DNA of 64,000 nucleotides, from NCBI GenBank assembly GCA_036561845.1, contig DATCUS010000223.1:7965-71964 (forward strand), in the 5' to 3' direction. Below the pieces are notes generated by a model. The model ran no database searches. It was not told the origin of the DNA and saw nothing but the letters and a program-made list of their open reading frames with translations. Source of the DNA: Tardiphaga sp. (GTDB taxonomy: Bacteria > Pseudomonadota > Alphaproteobacteria > Rhizobiales > Xanthobacteraceae). This document shows, one piece after another, positions 9,055 through 19,023 of the stretch. Position 1 is the stretch's first letter. Every line of letters starts with the position of its first letter. The translations under genes were made by a program, and so were the position numbers.

Positions 9055-10797
9055 ATGGCCATGGACGACATTATCGACGGTCTTTCCGAAGTGTCCTGCG
9101 ATGTTCTGGTGATTGGCGGCGGCACCGCCGGGCCGATGGCGGCGCTCAAGGCCAAGCTGAAAAATCCCAAGGCGAACGTGGTGCTGCTGGAGAAGGCCAA
9201 CGTCAAGCGCTCCGGCGCGATCTCCATGGGCATGGACGGTCTCAACAACGCGGTGATCCCCGGCTACGCCACGCCCGAGCAATACACCAAGGAAATCACC
9301 ATCGCCAATGACGGCATCGTCGACCAGAAGGCGGTCTACAAATACGCCGAGAAATGCTACTCGATCATCGAGGAGCTCGACAGCTTCGGCATCCGCTTCC
9401 TGAAGAACGAGAACGGCGACTATGCCGTCAAGAAGGTGCATCACATCGGCACCTATGTGCTGCCGATGCCCAATGGCGAGACCGTCAAGAAGGCGCTGTA
9501 CCGGCAGTTGCGGCGTGCGCGCATCCTGATCTCCAACCGTTACATGGCGACGCGGCTGCTGACCGGGAAAGACGGTCGCATCGCCGGCGCCATCAGCGTC
9601 AACACCCGCACCGCGGAAATCCTGGTGATCAAGGCCAAGGCGGTGATCCTGTGCATGGGCGCCGCCGGCCGGCTCGGCCTGCCGACCTCGGGCTATATGT
9701 TCGGCACTTACGAGAACGCCGCGAATTCCGGCGACGGCTACGCCATGGCCTATCATGCGGGCGCGGCGCTCGCGAACCTCGAATGCTTCCAGATCAATCC
9801 GCTGATCAAGGACTACAACGGCCCGGCCTGCGCCTATGTGGCCGGTCCCTACGGCGCCTTCACGGCCAACAACGAGGGCGCGCGGTTCATCGAATGCGAC
9901 TACTGGTCCGGCCAGATGATGCTGGAATTCTATAACGAGCTGCAGTCCGGCAAGGGGCCGGTGTTCCTGCAGCTCAACCATCTGCACGAAGACACCATCA
10001 GCGAGATCGAAACCACCCTGCACAAGGTGGAGCGGCCGACGCGTGGTCTGTTCCATGAAGGGCGTACCACGGACTATCGCCAGGAACCGATCGAGATGCA
10101 CATCTCGGAAATCGGCTTCTGCTCCGGCCACAGCGCGTCGGGCGTGTTCGTCGATGAATTCGCCCGCACCACCGTGCCCGGCCTCTACGCCGCCGGCGAC
10201 ATGGCCAGCGTACCGCACAACTACATGCTCGGCGCCTTTACCAACGGCTCGGTGGCCGGCGAACATGCGATGGACTATGCCGACAATGTCGACTTCGCCG
10301 ATTTCGACGCCGCCGATGTCGCCAGGGAGCGCGATCGCGTGATGGCGCCGACGAAGCGCGAGGATGGCATTCCGCCGAACCAGATCGAGTACAAGGCGCG
10401 CCGCCTGGTCAACGACTATCTGCAGCCACCAAAGGTCAGCCGCAAGTTCGAGATCGGCCAGAAGCGGCTCGGTGAGGTGCGCGAGGACATGGAAACGCGG
10501 ATGATCGCGCGCAACTCCCATGAGTTGCTGCGCGCGCTGGAAACCCAGTCGATCGTCGACTGCGCCGACATGGCAGCGCATGCCTCGCTCTATCGCACCG
10601 AGAGCCGTTGGGGCCTCTACCACCTGCGCACCGATTATCCCGAGAAGAACGACGAGGACTGGTTCTGCCATACCCTGCTGAGCAAGAAGGATGGCCGGAT
10701 GAGCAGCGAGAAGCGCGCGGTCGAACCCTATATCGTGCCGATCGCCGACGACGAGAAGGATCTCTATGACAAGCAGCGCATCCGCGCCAGCGCCTGA
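9055..10797 (+). CDS. AprA/AsfA-like flavoprotein (fumarate reductase/succinate dehydrogenase flavoprotein superfamily)
   Basis: VLVIGGGTAG FAD motif, KRSGAISMGMDGLN (AprA-like ERSGAV), GLYAAGD, RTESRWGLYH. Confidence 0.88.
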   Translation: MAMDDIIDGLSEVSCDVLVIGGGTAGPMAALKAKLKNPKANVVLLEKANVKRSGAISMGMDGLNNAVIPGYATPEQYTKEITIANDGIVDQKAVYKYAEKCYSIIEELDSFGIRFLKNENGDYAVKKVHHIGTYVLPMPNGETVKKALYRQLRRARILISNRYMATRLLTGKDGRIAGAISVNTRTAEILVIKAKAVILCMGAAGRLGLPTSGYMFGTYENAANSGDGYAMAYHAGAALANLECFQINPLIKDYNGPACAYVAGPYGAFTANNEGARFIECDYWSGQMMLEFYNELQSGKGPVFLQLNHLHEDTISEIETTLHKVERPTRGLFHEGRTTDYRQEPIEMHISEIGFCSGHSASGVFVDEFARTTVPGLYAAGDMASVPHNYMLGAFTNGSVAGEHAMDYADNVDFADFDAADVARERDRVMAPTKREDGIPPNQIEYKARRLVNDYLQPPKVSRKFEIGQKRLGEVREDMETRMIARNSHELLRALETQSIVDCADMAAHASLYRTESRWGLYHLRTDYPEKNDEDWFCHTLLSKKDGRMSSEKRAVEPYIVPIADDEKDLYDKQRIRASA

Positions 10798-10832
10798 CCT
10801 TCGCAATCCCGCACTGACGATGGAGTCGACCG

Positions 10833-11066
10833 ATGCCTCTCGCAAGTTATCAAACATCCGTTCCGGTGGTCGTCGACGATGCCAAGTGCATCGCCGACAA
10901 GGGCTGCACGGTCTGCGTCGACGTCTGTCCGCTCGACGTGCTGCGGATCAGCGACATGACCGGCAAGGCGTTCATGGCCTATGACGAATGCTGGTACTGC
11001 ATGCCGTGCGAGGCGGATTGCCCGACCGGCGCCGTCAAGGTCAACATTCCCTATTTGCTGAGGTGA
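10833..11066 (+). CDS. 2[4Fe-4S] ferredoxin (AprB/AsfB-like)
   Basis: CIADKGCTVCVDVCP and ECWYCMPCEADCP clusters. Confidence 0.92.
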   Translation: MPLASYQTSVPVVVDDAKCIADKGCTVCVDVCPLDVLRISDMTGKAFMAYDECWYCMPCEADCPTGAVKVNIPYLLR

Positions 11067-11069
11067 CGC

Positions 11070-12044
11070 ATGGCAGATCCGTTCGAATCCTATGACGACC
11101 TGGACGACGTCGACGACCGCCTGAATGCCGCCGATCCCGGCGAGCGCCGTGTCGCCATCATCGCGCTCGGCCATTCCGGCGATCCGGCGGCCGTGGAGCA
11201 TCTCGACCGCATGACCGCAGATCCGGACGCCGGCGTTCGCCAGCAGGTGGCGCTGGCGCTCGGCGAGTTCGACGGGCCCGAGGCCGCTGCCGCCTTGGTG
11301 AAGGTCGTGGTCGATCCGGAGCAGGCGGTGGCAAACGCCGCGGCCGATGCCATGGCCGAGCTGAAGGATCCGGCGAGCGCCGATGCGATCCTGCCGCTGG
11401 TCGGCCACGCCCACGCTTTCGTGCGCATGGCGGCGCTGCGCGCCTTGAAGGAGTTGCGGCGCAAGGACTCGCTGAAGCCGGCTCTCGACGCGCTGCAGGA
11501 CGTGGATGCATCCGTGCGCGTGCAGGCCATCGGGGTCATCGGTTTTCTCAAGCTGGAAGAGGCGATCCCGGCGCTGACCGCGGCGACGGCCGATGCCGAT
11601 GCCCATGTGCGTCGCGCCGCGGTCAGCGCGCTGGCGTTTTCCCACATGAAGTCCGCCGCGGAATCCATCACCCGTGCGCTGACGGACGCCGACTGGATGG
11701 TGCGGGAGATTGCCGCCGAGACCCTCGGCAGCAACGTCAACGGCGTGCAGGCCGCCGATGCGCTGATCAAGGCCACGACCGATGAATTCTGGCAGGTGCG
11801 GCTGAAGGCGGTACGCAGCCTTGGCAGGATGCGGATCGCGCGCGCCGTGCCGGCGATCGGCGCCTGTATCGCGCATCAGCAGGCCAATCTGCGCAAGGAG
11901 GGCGCGGCGGCGCTGGGCGAGATTGCGGACCCCGCCGGCCAACAGTTCCTTACGCCGATCATGGATGACCCGGATCCGGAAGTCCGCAAGAACGCCCGCT
12001 GGGCAATGCAGAAGATCCTGTCGAACAGCGCCGCCTCAGGTTGA
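11070..12044 (+). CDS. HEAT-repeat (PBS lyase-like) protein
   Basis: Repeated DxDxxVRxxAxxALG units along the whole length. Starts 3 bp after the ferredoxin stop. Confidence 0.9.
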   Translation: MADPFESYDDLDDVDDRLNAADPGERRVAIIALGHSGDPAAVEHLDRMTADPDAGVRQQVALALGEFDGPEAAAALVKVVVDPEQAVANAAADAMAELKDPASADAILPLVGHAHAFVRMAALRALKELRRKDSLKPALDALQDVDASVRVQAIGVIGFLKLEEAIPALTAATADADAHVRRAAVSALAFSHMKSAAESITRALTDADWMVREIAAETLGSNVNGVQAADALIKATTDEFWQVRLKAVRSLGRMRIARAVPAIGACIAHQQANLRKEGAAALGEIADPAGQQFLTPIMDDPDPEVRKNARWAMQKILSNSAASG

Positions 12045-12277
12045 GCCCCGGTGCCACATCCGGCAGCGGCGCGCGCAGCGGCCGCGGCCGGCCCGGGCGG
12101 CGAACGCAGCCGACGCCTGGGGAAATCCAGCGCGCCCCGGCGGCGACCGGACACAATCCCGCATTCTTACGGTTGGCGGCGTTAACGAGCGTGAATTGCC
12201 GCCGGTGCTAGCCTTTGGTCGGGCCGACGTCTTGCTGATCGACACGCGAGCAAAGCGCGGCAGAAAAGGCGGACAAC

Positions 12278-12481
12278 ATGCAGACCATCGAAACAAACTG
12301 CGCCAAGGAAGCCAGGCGGTGCCGTTTTGCCCAATTCTCCGGCCGCAGTACGACCCTGATCCTCAGCGGCGCGAAGGTGAGTGGCGTCGTCTGGGCGGTG
12401 AAGCCTGACCAGCCGAAGGCGCCGTCGCGCTGGACCATCACCATTATCCCCGAGCAGTCCGCCAATGTGAATCTCGGCTGA
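12278..12481 (+). CDS. Small hypothetical protein (67 aa)
   Basis: GGA upstream of the ATG, plausible codon usage, same strand as and downstream of the HEAT gene. Confidence 0.55.
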   Translation: MQTIETNCAKEARRCRFAQFSGRSTTLILSGAKVSGVVWAVKPDQPKAPSRWTITIIPEQSANVNLG

Positions 12482-12501
12482 GGCGACGGCGCTCTGCGCG
12501 G

Positions 12502-14595
12502 TCAGGACGCCGCCTTCTTCACCCACACCTTGTTGTCGTGGAAGGCCGCGCCGCCATACGGCGCCACGGCTGCGGCGCCGGTCAGCATGTTGATGCCGTG
12601 GCCGCCCTGATGGGCGCGGTTCGGATGCACGGATTCGGCGATCAGAACGCCGCGGCGCAAGCCGCCGAACAGTTTCGCCGTCAGCGTGGTCTCGCCGCGG
12701 GTGTTGCCGAGGGTCACGGAATCGCCATCGGCGATCGCCAGCCGCGCGGCGTCTTCGGGATGGATCATCACGCTCGGCGCGCCTTCGCGGGCTTTCGACG
12801 ACGGGGTCTCGTTGAAGCTGGTGTTAAGGAAGCTGCGCGACGGGCTGGTGGCGAGACGGAACGGATGCACGTCGTCGGCGGCCTCGATCGCCGCCCAGTG
12901 GTCGGGAAATGACGGCATCGAGGCCCAGTCGCCCATCAGTCCGGCGTTGGGCATCGGCACGTTGCCCCAGTCGGCCTTGAAGTGGAATTTGCCGTCGGCG
13001 TGACCGAAACCGTCGAGATAATGCGAGGTGCGGAAATCCGGCTGGATGTCGCGCCACAGGTCGGCTTCGAGCGCATCGACGCCGCCGCGCCCGCTCAACT
13101 GCAGCGTCTCGTCGATCACCTCGCGCGGCGTCATGTCGAAGGCGCGATGCCGGGCGCCCAGCCGCGCGGCCAGGCCCTGCAGCAGGTCGTGATTGGAGCG
13201 ACACTCGCCGGGCGGATCGATCAGCCTGGCGCCCACCGAAATATGCTGGTGTCCGCCACCGTAATAGAGATCGTCATGCTCCATGAACATGGTGGCCGGC
13301 AATACGATGTCGGCCATCAGGGCCGTCTCGGTCATGAACTGCTCATGCACCGCCACGAACAGGTCGTCGCGCGCAAAACCTGCGCGCACCAGCGCCTGCT
13401 CCGGCGCCACGGTCATCGGATTGGTGTTCTGGATCAGCATCGCCTTGACCGGCGGGCCGTGATGCAGCGCCTCGGCATCATGGGTGAGGATACGGCCGAT
13501 CTTCGACTGGTCGAGCTGGCGCGTGGCGGGATCGATGGTTTCCAGCGCCTCGATCAGGCTCTGGTCGAATTTCCATAGCGCTGCATTGTTGTAGAACGCT
13601 CCGCCGCCTTCATATTGCCAGGCGCCGGTGACCGCGGGGATGCACAACGCCGCATGCATCTGCGTCGCGCCGTTGCGGCTGCGGGTGAAGCCGTAGCCGA
13701 GGCGGAAGAACGAGCGCCTGGTCTCGCCGACCAGTTTTGCGAAGGCTTCGATCTCGGCGACGGGGACGCCTGTGATCGCGGACGCCCATTCCGGCGTGCG
13801 GGCGGCGAGATGCGCCTCCAGTTCAGGCGAGGCATCGGTGTATTCGGCCAGATAGGCGCGGTCGGCGTGGCCGTCGCGAAACAGCACATGCATCACGCCG
13901 GCAGCGAAGGCGCCGTCGGTGCCCGGCCGCAGCAGGATCTTGATATCGGCCTGCTTCATGGTGTCGTTGTCGTAGATGTCGACCACCGCCAGCCTGGCGC
14001 CGCGCTCCTTGCGGGCGCGGGACACGTGGGTCATCACATTGACCTGGGTGTTGACGGGGTTGGTGCCCCAGATCACGATCAGGTCGGACTTCGCCATCTC
14101 GCGCGGATCGACGCCGGCGATCCTGCCGGCGCCGGCCGCGAAGCCTGCCCATGCGATGGTCGCGCAGATGGTGCTGTAGAAGCGCGAGTAGCGCTTGACG
14201 TTGGTGAGGCGGTTGAGACCGAAACGCATGACCAGGCCCATGGTGCCGGCATAGTAATAGGGCCACACCGACTGCGCGCCGAAATCCCGTTCGGCCGCGT
14301 CGAAGCGATGGGCGATCTCGTCCAGTGCTTCGTCCCAGGAGATGCGTGCAAACTGCCCGGATCCCTTCGGGCCGGTGCGGCGCATCGGATGCATCAGCCG
14401 GTCCGGATGATGGATCCGCTCGGCGTAGCGCGCGACTTTGGCGCAGACCACGCCGGCGGTGTAGCTCTGCTGTTTGGAGCCGCGAACCCGGCCGATGCCC
14501 GAGCCGTCGATGACCTCGATGTCGAGCGCACAGGCCGAGGGACAATCATGCGGGCAGGTGGAGTGACGGATGTCGATCCGGGGTACTGAATTCAT
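12502..14595 (-). CDS. Molybdopterin (Mo-bisPGD) oxidoreductase, YoaE-like
   Basis: STCPHDCPSAC…VCAK Fe-S motif, IVIWGTNP, ADIVLPAT and a C-terminal molydop-binding domain. Start trimmed to MNSVPRID. Confidence 0.9.
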   Translation of the reverse strand: MNSVPRIDIRHSTCPHDCPSACALDIEVIDGSGIGRVRGSKQQSYTAGVVCAKVARYAERIHHPDRLMHPMRRTGPKGSGQFARISWDEALDEIAHRFDAAERDFGAQSVWPYYYAGTMGLVMRFGLNRLTNVKRYSRFYSTICATIAWAGFAAGAGRIAGVDPREMAKSDLIVIWGTNPVNTQVNVMTHVSRARKERGARLAVVDIYDNDTMKQADIKILLRPGTDGAFAAGVMHVLFRDGHADRAYLAEYTDASPELEAHLAARTPEWASAITGVPVAEIEAFAKLVGETRRSFFRLGYGFTRSRNGATQMHAALCIPAVTGAWQYEGGGAFYNNAALWKFDQSLIEALETIDPATRQLDQSKIGRILTHDAEALHHGPPVKAMLIQNTNPMTVAPEQALVRAGFARDDLFVAVHEQFMTETALMADIVLPATMFMEHDDLYYGGGHQHISVGARLIDPPGECRSNHDLLQGLAARLGARHRAFDMTPREVIDETLQLSGRGGVDALEADLWRDIQPDFRTSHYLDGFGHADGKFHFKADWGNVPMPNAGLMGDWASMPSFPDHWAAIEAADDVHPFRLATSPSRSFLNTSFNETPSSKAREGAPSVMIHPEDAARLAIADGDSVTLGNTRGETTLTAKLFGGLRRGVLIAESVHPNRAHQGGHGINMLTGAAAVAPYGGAAFHDNKVWVKKAAS

Positions 14596-14877
14596 GCTGT
14601 CACGATAGCATAAGACATTCCGCAGGGAAGCGCCGGCCCCCCTGCGCGGAGCGCACCATCCGGCTGTCGGACGGTGAAAATTCGGCGACAGCCCCGATGC
14701 GCGCAACCCATCGTTGAACATCGTCGCAATACGATCTTCCTCGGGCGCAATGAGATGCCGAAGGCAGGGGCAAGGTCGACCGGCGTTCCTGCCCTTCTCA
14801 GATGCGCCAGCGGCGTCTAGTCTCCTGCGTTGCTACGGCCAGCGCCGGGGACACGGCGCGGATCAGGGAGTTGAACC

Positions 14878-15627
14878 ATGAGACTGCAGGGAAAATCCGC
14901 CATTGTCACCGGCGGCGCGTCGGGCTTCGGCGCCGAGATCGCCCGCGCCTATGTCCGCGAGGGCGCCAGCGTCGTCATTCTCGACCTCAATGACGAGGGC
15001 GCCCGAAAGGTCGCGTCCGAAATCGGTGCCGGGGCGGTGGCGATCGGCGGCGATGTCACCCGCAAGGCCGACATCGCGGCCTGCGTGAAGCTGGCGCTCA
15101 GCCGGTTCGGCAAGCTCGACATCGTCGTCAACAATGCCGGGTGGACCTTTCGCAACAAGCCGCTGCTCGAGGTGACCGAAGAGGAATTCGACCGCACCTT
15201 CGCCATCAACGTCAAGTCGATCTTCCTGATGACCAATGCGGTGGTGCCGATCATGCGCCAGCAGAAGAGCGGCCGCATTATCAATATCGGCTCGACCGCC
15301 GGCGTGCGGCCGCGTCCGGGACTGACCTGGTACAATGCCAGCAAGGGCGCGGTGAACCTGATGTCCAAGTCGATGGCGGTGGAACTGGCGCCCGACGGCA
15401 TCCGCGTCAACTGCATCGCGCCGGTGATCGGCGAGACCGCGCTGCTGGAATCCTTCATGGGCGTGCCCGATACGCCCGAGAACCGCGCCAAATTCGTCTC
15501 GACGATTCCGCTCGGCCGGATGTCGCGTCCGTCGGATATCGCCAGTGCCTGCGTCTATCTCGGTAGCGAGGAGGCGGAATTTCTCACCGGCGTGATCCTG
15601 CCGGTCGACGGCGGCCGCACCATTTGA
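14878..15627 (+). CDS. SDR family oxidoreductase
   Basis: TGGASGFG, NNAG and YNASK catalytic motif. Confidence 0.92.
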   Translation: MRLQGKSAIVTGGASGFGAEIARAYVREGASVVILDLNDEGARKVASEIGAGAVAIGGDVTRKADIAACVKLALSRFGKLDIVVNNAGWTFRNKPLLEVTEEEFDRTFAINVKSIFLMTNAVVPIMRQQKSGRIINIGSTAGVRPRPGLTWYNASKGAVNLMSKSMAVELAPDGIRVNCIAPVIGETALLESFMGVPDTPENRAKFVSTIPLGRMSRPSDIASACVYLGSEEAEFLTGVILPVDGGRTI

Positions 15628-15798
15628 GGCCGCCGGCGGGCGGCGCCGGAGCATGGCGGCCATAACTTATGCGGCGATGGTAATCCCCGGGGGGTGGTCG
15701 GATCGTTTTTTCGCGCTATGCTCCGATCTGCGTCGCACTGATGACGCATATCGACAACAGTCGGTCGAGGCGCCGCCAGAGCGCCGGGAGGAGGTCTC

Positions 15799-15999
15799 TT
15801 GCCTTATTTCGTGAAAGCAACTGATACGTCGGGCACGGTCACTTTGCGGCGCGACACCGCCGCGGCAGCGCTGAAGAAGGCGACCGAGCTCACCAATGAC
15901 GGATCCTGGGACGTCCAGATCGGGACGCCCGACGGCCGCGTTTACGAGTCGGACGCCTTTGGGGAGCTTCGCGCCGACGCCGAAGCGCACTCCGGCTGA
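15799..15999 (+). CDS. Small hypothetical protein (66 aa)
   Basis: GGAGGAGG Shine-Dalgarno before a TTG start, with coherent codon usage. Confidence 0.6.
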   Translation: MPYFVKATDTSGTVTLRRDTAAAALKKATELTNDGSWDVQIGTPDGRVYESDAFGELRADAEAHSG

Positions 16000-16286
16000 T
16001 CTTGCGGATCTGATGCGCGACGGCATCTTGCCTCCCCGGTGACGGGCGCTACTTGCGTTCGTTGCCTACGAACGCGTGATTGCCCCGGTTGTTTCATGAG
16101 CCGGAATATCATCGCACAAAGACGATGATGTCGTGGCCATGCCCGCGGCGGATTCGCGGTGCGCATCGTCGGCGCATTTGACGACGTCGCGCAAAGCCGG
16201 CTAAATCCGACCAAGCGAAATCTCGCAAATGGCAGCTCTGATCGGTCCGTGAGGGTCGATCAGATGGTCGTTCAACGATAATAAAA

Positions 16287-16301
16287 TGGCACACGCGTTG
16301 T
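16287..16301 (+). promoter_or_regulatory. Possible sigma-54 (-24/-12) promoter
   Basis: TGGCAC-N5-TTGT. The -24 box is perfect but -12 reads GT instead of GC. About 30 bp before the binding-protein start. Confidence 0.3.
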
Positions 16302-16329
16302 CGTGTACCCGCCGAACGGAGGAAGCCGC

Positions 16330-17574
16330 ATGACCATCACCCGCCGCACATTTGGCATTGGCGCGTCCGCCGCGCTGCTCGGGCCGGTTGCGGCGCCGTT
16401 CATCCGCACGGCCGGTGCGGCCGAGTCAGCGATCAGGATCGGTGTGGTCAATTCCATGAGCGGCGGCCTGGCCGCCTATGCCCAGGAAGGCCAGCCGGCC
16501 TTCGAATACATCATCAAGAAGATCAACGCCGAAGGCGGCATCAAGAGCAAGGGCGGCGCGAAGATCGAGCTGGTGATGGCCGACGACACCAGCCAGCCGG
16601 CGCGTACCGCGGCCGAGGCGCGCCGGCTGATCACCGAAGAAAAGATCCAGCTGCTCACCGGTACCATCCTCAGCGCGCAGATGCTGGCGCTCACGCCCGT
16701 CATCGACGAGGCCAAAATGCCGACGCTGTCGGTCTGGGCCGGCGGGGCCCAGTCGAACTACATGTTTACCCTGGGCTATCCCTATGACCGCGGCTACGCG
16801 CAATCGATGCATGACTTCGTCATCTCGCTGCGCGACGACAGCAAGTTTCCCATCAAAACCGCGGTGATGGGCTATTCGAACTACGAGGCCGGCCAGCAGT
16901 CCAACAAGTTCCTGGTGGAGAAGCTGAAGAAGAGCGGCATCGAGATCATCGGCGAGGCCGCGCTCGACATCCGCGCCCAGGACCAGACTGCGGCGATGAT
17001 CCGCATCCGCTCGCTGAAGCCCGACGTGGTCGTCGGCCTGGTCACGCCGCGCGACGGCATCCTGCTGCACCAGGCGCGCTACAACCTCAACTATCACGGC
17101 AGCATCTTCTGCGGCGGCACCGGTGGCTATTCGGACCTGTCGCTGTGGAAGGATCTCGGCCCCGAAATCGGCAAGGCGGTACTGACCCGCAACCTGTTCG
17201 GCATGACCGGCTTCAGCGAGGGTGCCAAGATCCCGTCGATGCAGGCCATCGTCAAGGAATTGCGCGATGTCGCCAAGCTTGAGAAGATCGGCCAGGGCGC
17301 CATCCAATATGCCCAGGCCGCACGGGTTCTGCAGCAGGCGCTGGAGAATGCCAAATCGCTGCAGCCCGACGATCTGCTGTCGGCCCTGAAGAACGTCAAT
17401 ATCCCCTACGGCGATCCCAACCTCTACGTTTCCAAGCCCCGGGGATTGCAATTCGCCGAGGATCGCTTGCTCAAGGACGGTTCGGCGATGTTCATCCAGT
17501 GGACGCCCGAGCAGCAGCAGGAGGTCGTATTTCCCAAGGAATTCGCCCAGGTGCCGCCGCGGCCCAAATCCTAG
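16330..17574 (+). CDS. LIV-family ABC substrate-binding protein with Tat signal
   Basis: TRRTFG twin-arginine signal, RIGVVNSMSG and a type I periplasmic binding fold pattern. Confidence 0.88.
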   Translation: MTITRRTFGIGASAALLGPVAAPFIRTAGAAESAIRIGVVNSMSGGLAAYAQEGQPAFEYIIKKINAEGGIKSKGGAKIELVMADDTSQPARTAAEARRLITEEKIQLLTGTILSAQMLALTPVIDEAKMPTLSVWAGGAQSNYMFTLGYPYDRGYAQSMHDFVISLRDDSKFPIKTAVMGYSNYEAGQQSNKFLVEKLKKSGIEIIGEAALDIRAQDQTAAMIRIRSLKPDVVVGLVTPRDGILLHQARYNLNYHGSIFCGGTGGYSDLSLWKDLGPEIGKAVLTRNLFGMTGFSEGAKIPSMQAIVKELRDVAKLEKIGQGAIQYAQAARVLQQALENAKSLQPDDLLSALKNVNIPYGDPNLYVSKPRGLQFAEDRLLKDGSAMFIQWTPEQQQEVVFPKEFAQVPPRPKS

Positions 17575-17594
17575 AAACGGCTTGAGATCCCGCA

Positions 17595-18306
<712 letters not shown>

Positions 18307-18314
<8 letters not shown>

Positions 18315-19011
18315 GATCGATCACCTGGTTGCAGGCTATGGCGGCGTCGCGGTGCTGCACGATATCTCCGCCACGATCGGGGCCGGCGAGATCGTCGGCC
18401 TGCTCGGCGCCAACAATGCCGGCAAGACCACGCTGATCAACGCGCTGTCCGGCATGGTCAAGCCGATGTCCGGCCGCATCCGCTTCCAGGGCGAGGATAT
18501 TTCGCAGATGACGCCGCAGGCCCGCGTCGAGGCCGGCATCGTCCAGGTGCCGGAAGGCCGGCTGGTGTTCCCCGACATGAGCATCCGCGAAAATCTGCTG
18601 CTCGGCGGCATCAATGCCCGCGCGCGAAAAAGCCGGCCGCAGCAGATGGACAAGGTGCTCGGCCTGTTTCCGCGGCTCAAGGAGCGGCTGGCGCAGAACG
18701 CCGGCTCGCTGTCCGGCGGCGAGCAGCAGATGCTGGCGATCGGGCGCGGGCTGATGGCCGAAGCCAGGGTGCTGATGCTCGACGAGCCCTCGCTCGGCCT
18801 GTCGCCGCTGTTCGTGCAGTACATCTTCGAGATCATCGACAGATTGCACGCCGAAGGCCTGACCATCCTGCTGGTCGAGCAGAACCTGAACCTGACATTG
18901 CGCCATGCCAGGCGCTGCTATGTGCTGGAGCGCGGACAGGTGGCGGTCGAGGGCGAGGCCGACCTCGTCCGCAACGACCCGCGCACCCGCAGCGCCTATC
19001 TGGGACTGTGA
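18307..19011 (+). CDS. LivF-like ABC ATP-binding subunit
   Basis: GANNAGKTT, QVPEGRLVF, LSGGEQQMLAIGR and LDEPSLGL. Confidence 0.9.
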
Positions 19012-19023
19012 TCGGAGAGTGAT

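Noticed and set aside
9055-11066. Calling the flavoprotein/ferredoxin a true succinate dehydrogenase, fumarate reductase or dissimilatory APS reductase
   Set aside because: No SdhB/C/D-type partners or membrane anchors, no sat/dsr/qmo genes, and the ferredoxin lacks the AprB C-terminal tail.
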